A stretch of DNA of 64,000 bases from Acidobacteriota bacterium (GTDB lineage Bacteria > Acidobacteriota > Thermoanaerobaculia > Gp7-AA8). This document shows positions 9,207 through 20,260 of the stretch, piece by piece. Numbering within the stretch: the first letter of the stretch is position 1; every line of letters starts with the position of its first letter. The DNA is taken from positions 96,001-160,000 of the forward strand of contig JAFATB010000006.1 in assembly GCA_019244185.1 (NCBI GenBank), read 5' to 3'. The position numbers and the translations under genes were made by a program. The notes under the pieces were generated by a model. It saw nothing but the letters and a program-made list of their open reading frames with translations, made no database searches and had not been told where the DNA came from.

Positions 9207-9323
9207 GGAACCCTCTGCAAGTTCGCGGGCGCGCGGGTTACGAAACCGTTGCGCCGCACGGAACGCGGGGCAGCAAACTTGCAGCGGAGGCGGCTTCGGT
9301 GTTCATCTAGAGCTGAGGTGTCT

Positions 9324-12300
9324 ATGCGAATCGCGGTTCGTTTCGCCGTCCTTGCCGTTCTCTTCTCCCTCCTCACTCCCATCGCCAGCGCCCAGTACTT
9401 CGGCCGCAACAAGGTCCAGTGGGAGGCCTTCGACTTCAAAGTGCTCCAGACGGAACACTTCGACATCTACTACTACGACCAGGAAGCGGACGTCGTGCAG
9501 GACGTCGGGCGCATGGCCGAGCGGTGGTACGCGCGCCTCTCGCGCGTGTTCAATCATTCGTTCAAGCGCAAGCCGATCGTGCTCTACGCAAACGCAGCCG
9601 ACTTCCACCAGACTACGACCACCGGTGGTCTCATCGGCGAAGGCACGGGAGGTTTCACCGACGCGTTCATGAACCGCGTCGTGCTTCCGCTCACCGGCGA
9701 CTACGCCGAAAACGATCACGTCCTCGGCCACGAGATCGTGCACGTCTTCCAGTACGACATCGCCGCGAACGCGAACCAGAATCGCCGGCGCTTCCAGCTC
9801 GAACAACTGCCGCTGTGGCTCGTCGAAGGCATGGCCGAGTACTTCTCGAAAGGCCGCGTCGATCCGCTCACCGCGATGTGGATCCGCGACGCCACGCTCC
9901 AGAACCGCATGCCGAACCTGCGCGACCTCACGCGCGATCCGCGCTACTTCCCGTATCGCTACGGCCAGGCGCTCATGGCGTACATCGGCGCGCGCTTCGG
10001 CGACGAGGCGGTCGTGCGCTACTTCATGGCCGCGGGCATGACGGGCATCGAGGAAGGCTTCGACCGCGCGCTCGGCGTGCCGGCCAAGCAGCTCTTCACC
10101 GACTGGACCGAATCGGCGCGCGAGCTGTACAACCCGATCGTCGCCGAGCGCACCGCGCAGCTGCCCAACCTCCTCGTCGGCCGCCGTCCGGAGCCGGGCA
10201 AGAAACGCAACCGCGGCTCGTCGGAGCTGAACGTCGGCCCCGCGGTGAGTCCCGACGGCAAGTACGTCGCGTTCCTCTCCGCGCGCGAGCTCTTCTCGAT
10301 CGATCTCTTCCTCGCCGACGCGCACACCGGCCAAGTCATCCGCCGGCTCGTGTCGTCGGACCGCGACGCGCATTTCGAGTCGCTGCGCTTCATCGAGTCC
10401 GCGGGCTCGTGGTCGCCCGACAGCCGCCGCCTCGCGTTCATCACGTTCGCCAAAGGCGACAACTACCTGACCATCGTCGACGTCGAGACGCGCAAGGTCG
10501 ACACGATCCACGTGCCGGGACTCGAGGCGATCACCAACGTCGCGTGGGGACCGGACAACCGCACCATCGCCATCGCCGGCCAGACCACCGGCGTCAGCGA
10601 TCTGTTCCTCTACGACATCCAGTCGAACCAGGTGCGGCGCCTCACGGCCGACAAGTACGCGGACCTGCAGCCGGCGTGGTCGCCCGACGGCCGCACGCTC
10701 GCCTTCGTCACCGACCGCGGCACGAACACCGTGCTCGAACAGCTGCGCTTCACGCCGATGCGCCTCGCCACGATCGACATCGCGTCCGGCCAGGTGCATC
10801 TCATCGACGCCTTCCCCGCCGCGGAGCACATCAATCCGCAGTTCTCTCCGGATGGAAGCTCGCTCTATTTCATCGCCAACCCGGAAGGCATTCCGGACCT
10901 CTACCGGATCGGATTGGCGGATGGACATCTCTCCCGCCTGACGGCCGTCACGACGGGCGTCTCCGGCATCACCGAGCTCGCGCCGGCGCTCAGCGTCGCG
11001 TCGCGCAGCGGCGACATCGTCTTCTCCGTCTACGAGGGCGACAACTACAACCTCTATTCACTGCCCGCGAACGCCACCGGCACCGCGATCGCCGCCGCCG
11101 CTGCGCCGCCCGAGAACGCCGCCGCGCGCGCCGCGCTCCTGCCGCCGCTGCGGGCGACCGGCTCGGAGATCACCGGCTATCTCATGCGCCCCGAGGAAGG
11201 ACTGCCGCCGGCGTCGACGCAGTTCACGGAACGCAGCTACAGGCCCGACCTTCACCTCGCCTACCTCGGACCTCCGACGCTCGGCGTCGGCGTCGACCAG
11301 TTCGGCTCGGGCGCGAGCGGCAGCGTCAGCGCGTTCTTCAGCGACATCCTCGGCCAGCACAACGTCGGCTTCACGTTCCAGGGCGGCGGCAGCTCCGGCG
11401 GCGGCAGCATCGGCGATCAGCTCGGCGGCGAAGTCTTCTACCTGAATCAGACCCACCGCCTGAACTGGGGCGCCGACGTCACGCACATCCCGTACGTCTA
11501 CGCCAACGCCGCCTACGGCACCGGCTTCGTCCCCGGCACGAACCAGCCCGCGGACATCTATCAGGAGTTCCGCGAGACGCAACTCGTCACCGACGCCACG
11601 GGCCTCGCGCAGTATCCGTTCAGCTCCACGCGCCGCGTCGAGGCGTCCGCCGGCGTCGAACGCTATTCGTTCAAGCAGGAGACGATCACCTACTACTTCG
11701 TCGGCAACGAGATCGTCGAACGCGACCGCGAGCGGCTCCCCGGCTCGTTCGTGCTGAACCTCGGACAGGTGCAGGGCGCGTTCGTCGGCGACAGCTCGAT
11801 CTACGGCTTCATCTCGCCGATCGAAGGCACCCGCTATCGCTACGAGGTCACCGCGCTGCGCGGCGATCTCAATTTCGAGACCGCGCTAGCCGACTGGCGC
11901 CGCTACTTCTTCTTCCGTCCCGTGACGCTCGCCGTGCGCGGACTGCACTACGGCCGCTACGGCGCGGGCTCCGATGACACGCGCCTCTCGCCGCTCTACC
12001 TCGGACAAGGCTCGCTCGTGCGCGGCTACGATCCGTATTCGATCAACGCATCGGAATGCGTCGGCGCCGCCGGCACGTGCCCGGTCTTCGATCGTCTCGT
12101 CGGCACGCGTCTCCTCGCCGGCAGCGTCGAGCTCCGCGCACCGCTCCTCGGCACGCGCGAGTTCGGCCTGATCAACGCGTCGTTCCTGCCGACGGAGATC
12201 TTCGCGTTCGGCGACGTCGGCGCGGCGTGGAGCTCGGGCCAGCACGTCGACTGGCAGTTCAAGACCAACACGACCGCGCGCGTGCCGGTCGTCAGCGTCG

Positions 12301-12416
12301 GCGCGGGCCTGCGCATTCTCCTGAGCTACATCCCGCTCGAGTTCTACGCCGCGAAGCCGTTCCAGCGTCCGAACGAGGACATCATCTACGGCTTCAACAT
12401 CATCCCGGGCTGGTAG
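9324..12416 (+). CDS. Outer-membrane protein: gluzincin peptidase + TolB-like (PD40) beta-propeller + Omp85/BamA-type barrel
   Basis: QYFGRNKVQ; HEIVH...WLVEGMAEY; repeated WSPDG; VRGY motif; C-terminal Trp. Confidence 0.88.
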   Translation: MRIAVRFAVLAVLFSLLTPIASAQYFGRNKVQWEAFDFKVLQTEHFDIYYYDQEADVVQDVGRMAERWYARLSRVFNHSFKRKPIVLYANAADFHQTTTTGGLIGEGTGGFTDAFMNRVVLPLTGDYAENDHVLGHEIVHVFQYDIAANANQNRRRFQLEQLPLWLVEGMAEYFSKGRVDPLTAMWIRDATLQNRMPNLRDLTRDPRYFPYRYGQALMAYIGARFGDEAVVRYFMAAGMTGIEEGFDRALGVPAKQLFTDWTESARELYNPIVAERTAQLPNLLVGRRPEPGKKRNRGSSELNVGPAVSPDGKYVAFLSARELFSIDLFLADAHTGQVIRRLVSSDRDAHFESLRFIESAGSWSPDSRRLAFITFAKGDNYLTIVDVETRKVDTIHVPGLEAITNVAWGPDNRTIAIAGQTTGVSDLFLYDIQSNQVRRLTADKYADLQPAWSPDGRTLAFVTDRGTNTVLEQLRFTPMRLATIDIASGQVHLIDAFPAAEHINPQFSPDGSSLYFIANPEGIPDLYRIGLADGHLSRLTAVTTGVSGITELAPALSVASRSGDIVFSVYEGDNYNLYSLPANATGTAIAAAAAPPENAAARAALLPPLRATGSEITGYLMRPEEGLPPASTQFTERSYRPDLHLAYLGPPTLGVGVDQFGSGASGSVSAFFSDILGQHNVGFTFQGGGSSGGGSIGDQLGGEVFYLNQTHRLNWGADVTHIPYVYANAAYGTGFVPGTNQPADIYQEFRETQLVTDATGLAQYPFSSTRRVEASAGVERYSFKQETITYYFVGNEIVERDRERLPGSFVLNLGQVQGAFVGDSSIYGFISPIEGTRYRYEVTALRGDLNFETALADWRRYFFFRPVTLAVRGLHYGRYGAGSDDTRLSPLYLGQGSLVRGYDPYSINASECVGAAGTCPVFDRLVGTRLLAGSVELRAPLLGTREFGLINASFLPTEIFAFGDVGAAWSSGQHVDWQFKTNTTARVPVVSVGAGLRILLSYIPLEFYAAKPFQRPNEDIIYGFNIIPGW

Positions 12417-12418
12417 CG

Positions 12419-12778
12419 TTGCCGATCTCACCGCGTGAGTTCGAGCGCCTCGTCGAAGAGGCGCTCGAACAACTCCCGCCGAGGTTCGCGGAGCTGCTCG
12501 AGAACGTGCTCGTGGTCGTCGAGGAAGAGCCGAGCGACGAAGACCTCACGCTCGTGCCGAACGAACACTCCGAGCTCCTCGGCATCTATCGCGGCGTGAT
12601 GCGCACGCGCCGCACGCACGACATGCTGCCGATGCTCCCCGATCAGATCGCGATCTTCCGCGGCCCGATCCTGCGCGTCACACGCACGCGCGGCGACGCC
12701 GTGCGGCAGATCCGCGAGACGGTCGTGCACGAGCTCGGGCACTACTTCGGGCTGCACGACGCGGACATGGCGTTCTGA
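12419..12778 (+). CDS. Minimal zincin metallopeptidase (Zincin_1-like)
   Basis: LLGIYRG, LPDQIAIFRGPI, VVHELGHYFG; probable TTG start. Confidence 0.85.
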   Translation: MPISPREFERLVEEALEQLPPRFAELLENVLVVVEEEPSDEDLTLVPNEHSELLGIYRGVMRTRRTHDMLPMLPDQIAIFRGPILRVTRTRGDAVRQIRETVVHELGHYFGLHDADMAF

Positions 12779-12915
12779 TTTCCGACGCGCTTCCGCCACA
12801 TTTCGGGATGTGAGACTTCGGTGAACTCGCGCACGCCGTTGCGCGCGCGCGAGTTACGCGTGTGGCATCGCGGGCAGCGGCGCTGCAGCGCCGCGATGGG
12901 CGAAGGAGGCCGCCC

Positions 12916-14651
12916 ATGAAACGTCGTCTCTGGCTCATCGTCTCGCTGCTCGTCGCACTGCACGCGCTCGCGGAGGTGACGCTGCCGCGGATCGAAGGGC
13001 ACGTCGTCGGGTACGGAGGTCCGATCCCCGGCGTGACGGTGCTGCTGACCGGTCCCGGCATTCGCTACACGCGCGTGACCGATAGCAATGGGGCGTTTCG
13101 CTTTGACGCTGTGCCGCGCGGGGACTACGAGATCCGTGCGGAGTTGGAGGGTTTCGCGCGAACGAGGCGCATGGTCACCGTCGCCGTGAACGATCTCACG
13201 CTCGAGTTGTCGCTCCACGCCGAAGTCACGGAAGCCATCACGGTGACGGCACTGTCGCCGACCGCACACGATCCGTGGACGGTCCTGCGACAAGTCTCCG
13301 GAACGCGGGAGCAAACGCACGCCCGCTACGCGCACGTCGAGGAGCACGCGTATCTCGACGCGTCGAAGCAGCGCACGACGACGTTCTCCATCGACGTCGA
13401 TCGCGCCTCGTACGCGAACGTCCGCGGCTTGCTCCAAAGCGGCTACGACGTTCCGCCCGATGCCGTGCGCGTCGAGGAGATGATCAACTACTTTACTTAC
13501 GACTATCCGCGGCCGTCCGACGGCATCCCGTTCAGCATCACCACCGAGATCGCCGGCTGTCCGTGGAATCCGGCGAACCGCCTGCTGCGCATCGGCGTGC
13601 AGGGGCGCGCGCTGCAGGAAGCGGACATGGCGCCGAACCAGCTCGTGTTCCTCGTCGACGTCTCGGGATCGATGGACGAGTCGAACCGGCTGCCGCTGAT
13701 CCAGAGCGCACTGCGGCTGCTCGTCGCGCGGCTGCGCGCGGAAGACCGCGTCGCGATCGTCGTCTACGCGGGAGAAGAAGGCCTCGCGCTGCCGTCGACG
13801 TCGGGCGCGGACAAAAGCGCGATCCTCGCCGCGATCGACAACCTCTCGGCGGGTGGTTCCACGGCCGGCGGCGCGGGGATCGAGCTCGCGTACAAGATCG
13901 CGCAGCAGAACCTCATCCCCGACGGCAACAACCGCGTGATCCTCGCCACCGACGGCGACTTCAACGTCGGTCCGGCCAGCGCGTCCGAGCTCGAAGAGCT
14001 GATCGCCAGGAAACGCAAGTCCGGCATCTTCCTCTCCGTCGTCGGCGTCGGCGAACAAAACGACGCGGCGCTCGAGACACTCGCGGACAAGGCGACGGCA
14101 ACTACGCGTATCTCGACTCACTGAAAGAAGCAGAGAAGGTCTTCACGCGCGAGCTCACGAGCACGCTCGTGACGATCGCGAAAGACGTGAAGGTGCAGCT
14201 CGCGTTCGATCCCGCGCGCGTGGCGTCGTACCGGCAGATCGGCTACGAGAACCGCGCGCTCGCGAACGAGGACTTCGACAACGACGAAGTCGATGCGGGC
14301 GAGCTCGGCGCCGGCGACTCGGTCACGGTGCTCTACGAGGTTGTCCCGCGCGGCGACGCGCGCGGCGGCACGCTGTCGACGCTGAAGGTGCGCTACAAGG
14401 AGCCGCACGCGTGGCGCAGCCGGCTCGTCACCGCCGAGGCGGTGGATGAAGGGAAGAGCGCGTACGAGGCGTCGGTGGACTTGCAGTTCGCCGCGTCCGT
14501 CGCGGAGTTCGGCCTCCTGCTGCGCGACTCGCCGAACAAGGAGAGCGCGAGCTACGACGACGCGCTGCACCTCGCGCGCGTGTCGCAGGGCGCGGACCTC
14601 GACGGCATGCGCGGCGAGTTCCTGGCGCTGCTCGACAAGGCGAAACGATGA
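12916..14651 (+). pseudogene. YfbK-like VWA protein with carboxypeptidase-regulatory-like N-terminus, frameshifted near 14091 (or a sequencing error)
   Basis: FSIDVDRASY, DVSGSM MIDAS and LATDGDFNVG in one frame; GDGNYAYLDS...IAKDVKVQ...YRQIGYENR in another; one missing G restores LADKGDGNY. Confidence 0.8.
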
Positions 14652-14652
14652 G

Positions 14653-15423
14653 CTACTTGATCGCGATCAGCTCGATGTCGAAGACGAGCGTGCCGTGCGG
14701 CTTCCCGGGCTCGTTGCCGTACGCGAGATTGCCCGGAATCCAGAGCCGCGCCTGCTCGCCCGGCGTCATCAGCTGCAAGCCCTCGATCCAGCCTTTGATG
14801 ACGCCCCCGAGCGGAAACGTCGCCGGCTCGCCGCGCACGACCGAGCTGTCGAACATCCGCCCGTCGGTCGTCCAGCCGGTGTAGTGCACGACGACCGTGT
14901 CTTTGCGCTTCGGGTGCTGCGTGCCGTCGCCGGGACGCAGCACTTTGTACGCGAGGCCCGACGGCGTCTTGATCGCCCCTTCGGACGGCGCGGCGACGTC
15001 GGCCGGCGTCTGCGGCGGATGCACGATCTCGACGAGCTCCGTGTCGAACACGAGACCGTTGTCGACTTTGCCGCCGGTGAGCGCGCCGGGCACCCACGCC
15101 CGCTGCCGCTCGCCGACGACCATCCCGCGCACCGCTTCACCCCAGCCCGGAATCATCTTCGGAACGCCGATGAGGAGCGACTGCGGCTCGACGACGTTCT
15201 GCACCAGCGAGCCGTCGGACTTCCACACCGTGTAGCGCACGCGCACGAGATCGTCCGCCGCCGGCTTCTCGGTTCCCGTCCCCGGCGCGAGCCTCTTCGT
15301 CACGAGCCCGTCCGCCGCCTTCTCCGCGTCGGCGGGAGGCGCGGTGAGATCGGCAGGAGGCGCGGGCTTGTCGGCGGCGGCGAGGGAGAGGGCCACGAGA
15401 AGAATCGGAAGGAGTCGTTTCAT
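14653..15423 (-). CDS. FKBP-type peptidyl-prolyl isomerase, two FKBP domains
   Basis: VVHYTGWTTDGRMFDSS, VIKGWIEGL, LVFDIELI; signal peptide. Confidence 0.93.
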   Translation of the reverse strand: MKRLLPILLVALSLAAADKPAPPADLTAPPADAEKAADGLVTKRLAPGTGTEKPAADDLVRVRYTVWKSDGSLVQNVVEPQSLLIGVPKMIPGWGEAVRGMVVGERQRAWVPGALTGGKVDNGLVFDTELVEIVHPPQTPADVAAPSEGAIKTPSGLAYKVLRPGDGTQHPKRKDTVVVHYTGWTTDGRMFDSSVVRGEPATFPLGGVIKGWIEGLQLMTPGEQARLWIPGNLAYGNEPGKPHGTLVFDIELIAIK

Positions 15424-15553
15424 CGCGGCGGCATTCTAATTCTGCTCTGTCTTCGTGACGATCCCGGCCGTGCGCTTCAGCCTCGCGTCGTTGAAAGCGA
15501 CGGAAGGTTCTGACAGTGAGTCCTTCGTGTGCGCTTATTAATGACTGCTGATC

Positions 15554-15830
15554 TTCAATTTCAAGCTACCGAACTTCAAATTGAAGTTGCCGACGTTCAA
15601 TTCGAAGCTGTCGACCTTCAACTTTGAAGCTACCGGCCTTCAATTCGAAGCTGCCGACCTTCAACGTTGAATCTACCGGCCTTCAATTCGAAGCTGTCGA
15701 CCTTCAATTTTGAATCTGCCGGCCTTCAATTCGATGCGACCGACCTTCAACTTTGAATCTACCGTCCTTCAATTCGAAGCTGTCGACCTTCAATTCGAAG
15801 CGACCGACCATCGATTTGAAGCGACGAACC
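15554..15830. repeat. Tandem array of ~13 units of 21/22 bp (TTCAA(N)TTYGAAGCTRYCGRCC)
   Basis: TTCAA starts at 15554, 15575, 15596, 15617, 15639, 15660, 15682, 15703, 15725, 15746, 15768, 15789; degenerate unit at 15810. Confidence 0.92.
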
Positions 15831-15946
15831 GTCCGCAGTTGCAACTTCGTCGATCGCTCTCACCTACTCTAACGTTGCGGAGAAACGTGCGCCGGCCGAG
15901 CCGGCGTGGTCCGTGCTGGCGTGGTCGCCGCGGAACGGCATCGAGA

Positions 15947-16048
15947 CAGCCGCACGTGCAGCCTGGTTAGGCCCTGAGCGCAGCCGGCCGCGCCGGCCAG
16001 CCGCACGTGCAGCTTGGCTATGCCCTGAGCGGAGCCGGCCGCGCCGGC
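15947..16048. repeat. Two tandem 51-bp REP-like units
   Basis: CAGCCGCACGTGCAGCYTGGYTAKGCCCTGAGCGSAGCCGGCCGCGCCGGC x2; related copy at 51873-51924. Confidence 0.85.
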
Positions 16049-16052
16049 CCGG

Positions 16053-17060
16053 CTACTGCACGAGCACGATCTTCTCCGCCAGCTCGTACCGCTCGTTCGC
16101 GAGCGTGTCCGTCACCGCGACGCGCAACAGATAGTCGCCGGGCGGGACGCGGCTCACGTCGACAGTGGTGCCGACGCCGAAGTGGCCCTGCACGCCTTTG
16201 AGCGCGATCGGCTCGATCGTCCCGGTCAGGCCGCGCAGCGATTTGCCTTCCGACTCGAGCGTGACGTTCGCGGTGAGCTTCGGCGCGCCGCTCGCGTCGA
16301 CCTGCGGGTTCTGCGCTTCGAAGAAGATCCACAGCTCGTCGCTGCCCTTGTGAAACGTCCGGTCGGCTTTCGGCAGGACTTTGATGCCGCCGAACGCGAA
16401 CGGATCGTCCGCGAGCTGCGGCTTCGCGAGCGGAAACACGGCATTCGACACGATGAGACGCGAGACGCGGCGCGTGGTCCGCTGCAACGGATTGAGCAGC
16501 ATCGGCATCGATGCCATGGCGACCGGCGCGTCTTTGATCGCGAGGCCGAACGTCGCGTTGCGATTGCCCGGCGTCAGCGGAAACGAGCGCTCGTAATACC
16601 AGCCGCCGTCGCCGGCCTTCGTCAGCACGACCGGCTCCTCGCGCGACCACGCCACGCCGTGGCCGCTCGCATCGGCGCCCGCGTCGAGCGCGCCGAAGAA
16701 GGTGACCTTGCCGTCCGCCGGAATCGCGACGTCCGACGACGGCGCGAAATGCATGGCGACGTAGTACTGCCCTTTCGCCGTGATGAACTCGCCGAATGCG
16801 ACGTGCAGCGGCGCGACCTTGTAGTCGGCGTGCTGCAAATCCGCGATCGCTTCTTTCAGCCGCGCGCTGCGCAGCGGATGCTCCGCGGCCGACGCCTCGC
16901 TGAGGCGCATCGCCACGAGCTCGTCGTTCGCACGCTGAATCTCGCGCTCGCCGATCGCGTGCGCATCGCCCGGCGCGCCGCGCGGGTCGCGGTCGCGTTG
17001 GGCGAAGAGCGGGAGCGCCGCGAGGAGAAGCAGCGAGGTGGCAAGACTCAGTGCGCGCAT
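16053..17060 (-). CDS. Secreted hypothetical protein resembling the C-terminal Ig-like region of GWxTD proteins
   Basis: Signal peptide; SRLIVS...DPFAFGGIKVLPKADRTF; PPGDYLLRVAVTD. Confidence 0.7.
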   Translation of the reverse strand: MRALSLATSLLLLAALPLFAQRDRDPRGAPGDAHAIGEREIQRANDELVAMRLSEASAAEHPLRSARLKEAIADLQHADYKVAPLHVAFGEFITAKGQYYVAMHFAPSSDVAIPADGKVTFFGALDAGADASGHGVAWSREEPVVLTKAGDGGWYYERSFPLTPGNRNATFGLAIKDAPVAMASMPMLLNPLQRTTRRVSRLIVSNAVFPLAKPQLADDPFAFGGIKVLPKADRTFHKGSDELWIFFEAQNPQVDASGAPKLTANVTLESEGKSLRGLTGTIEPIALKGVQGHFGVGTTVDVSRVPPGDYLLRVAVTDTLANERYELAEKIVLVQ

Positions 17061-17081
17061 GAGCGCACCGAGTCTACGCCC

Positions 17082-17201
17082 TCAGTCGCGCGGCACGTGA
17101 AACGGCACCTCGTCGTCCTGCGCGGTGAGATATGCGCGGTCGTCGTCCTGCGGTTTGCGGTCGTCGTCTTCTTCGATGCGGTACGAGCGGATGTCTTCCA
17201 T
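17082..17201 (-). CDS. Small acidic protein (39 aa) directly after aceA
   Basis: SD GAGGAG then MEDIRSYRIEEDDDRKPQDDDRAYLTAQDDEVPFHVPRD*; host-like codons. Confidence 0.55.
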   Translation of the reverse strand: MEDIRSYRIEEDDDRKPQDDDRAYLTAQDDEVPFHVPRD

Positions 17202-17212
17202 GTTGATTCTCC

Positions 17213-18498
17213 TCAGAACTGCGCGGCTTCGGTCGAGCCTTCGAGCGCCGTCGTCGACGACGCGCCGGCGCTGACGACTTTCGCCACTTCATCGAAGTAG
17301 CCGGTGCCGACCTCGCGCTGGTGGCGCGTGGCCGTGTATCCGTTCTCCTCGGCTGCGAACTCCGATTGCTGCAGCCGCGAGTACGCGGTCATGCCTTCTT
17401 CCTGGTACTGGCGCGCGAGCTCGAACATCGAGAAGTTCAGCGCGTGGAAACCGGCCAGCGTGACGAACTGGAACTTGTAGCCCATCGCGCCGAGCTCTTT
17501 CTGGAAGTTCGCGATCTCGTCGGGCGAGAGCTTCTTGGCCCAGTTGAACGACGGCGAGCAGTTGTACGCGAGCAGCTTGCCGGGATACTTCGCGTGCACG
17601 CCCTCGGCGAACTGGCGCGCCTCCTCGATGTCCGGCGTCGACGTCTCGCACCACAGCACGTCCGCGTACGGCGCGTAGGCGACCGCGCGCGCGATGGCCA
17701 TCTCGATGCCGTTGCGGATGCGGAAGAAGCCTTCCGGCGTGCGCTCGCCGGTGAGGAACTCGTGGTCGCGCGGATCGACGTCGCTCGTCAGCAGCGTCGC
17801 GCTGTGCGCGTCGGTGCGCGCGACGACGAGCGTCTGCACGCCCGTGACGTCGGCGGCGAGACGCGCGGCGTTGAGCGTGCGGATGAACTGCGAGACGGGG
17901 ACGAGCACCTTGCCCCCGAGGTGTCCGCACTTTTTCTCGGATGCGAGTTGATCCTCGAAGTGCACGGCGGCGGCGCCGGCCTCGATCATCTGCTTCATCA
18001 GCTCGAACGCGTTGAGCGCGCCGCCGAAGCCTGCTTCCGCGTCGGCGATGATCGGCGCGAACCAGTGCGTGCCGCTGCGGCCTTCGCAGTGGTCGATCTG
18101 ATCCGCGCGCTGCAGCGACTGATTGATGCGCTTCACGACCTGCGGCACGGAGTTCGAGGGATAGAGGCTCTGGTCGGGATACATGTGGCCGGCCAGGTTC
18201 GCGTCGGCGGCGACCTGCCAACCGGAGAGATAGATGGCCTTCAGACCCGCGCGCACCTGCTGGATGGCCTGATTGCCGGTGAGCGCGCCGAGGGCGTTCA
18301 CGTAGGGCTCGGTGTTGAGGAGCTGCCAGAGGCGCTCGGCGCCCATCTCCGCGAGGGTGTAGCGGATGTCGATCGAGCCGCGCAGGCGCAGCACGTCGTC
18401 CGCGGTGTATTCGCGGGTGACGCCGTTCCAGCGCGGATTCGACTCCCAGTCCTTCTCGATTCGCTTGGGGTCGCGTGCTTCTTTCAGCTTGGCCATGC

Positions 18499-18502
<4 letters not shown>
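17213..18502 (-). CDS. aceA: Isocitrate lyase
   Basis: [39 protein letters not shown]; ATGA overlap with aceB. Confidence 0.97.
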
Positions 18503-20094
<1,592 letters not shown>

Positions 20095-20169
20095 GTCGTC
20101 ACAATGCTGAGCACGCGGCCTGCCAGAGTCAATAAATTCAGGCTCATCTGTATGTTAGGCAGTCAACGC

Positions 20170-20208
20170 TTGTAAAAGTGAAACCGTAAATCGGTAAAAC
20201 GTTGTAAA
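20170..20208. promoter_or_regulatory. AT-rich repeated (TT)GTAAA boxes, candidate operator of the divergent RamB-like regulator
   Basis: TTGTAAA 20170, GTAAA 20186 and 20194, TTGTAAA 20202, between aceB and the regulator. Confidence 0.5.
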
Positions 20209-20260
20209 GACGCGGGCGGGGGCGCAGAATGCGCACAGAGGTCATCTCGAAAGTCGTGCC

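Noticed and set aside
14081-14124. Programmed ribosomal frameshift in the VWA gene
   Set aside because: No slippery heptamer; a single-base deletion explains it.
15554-15830. CRISPR array
   Set aside because: Units are contiguous with no unique spacers, and there are no cas genes in the window.
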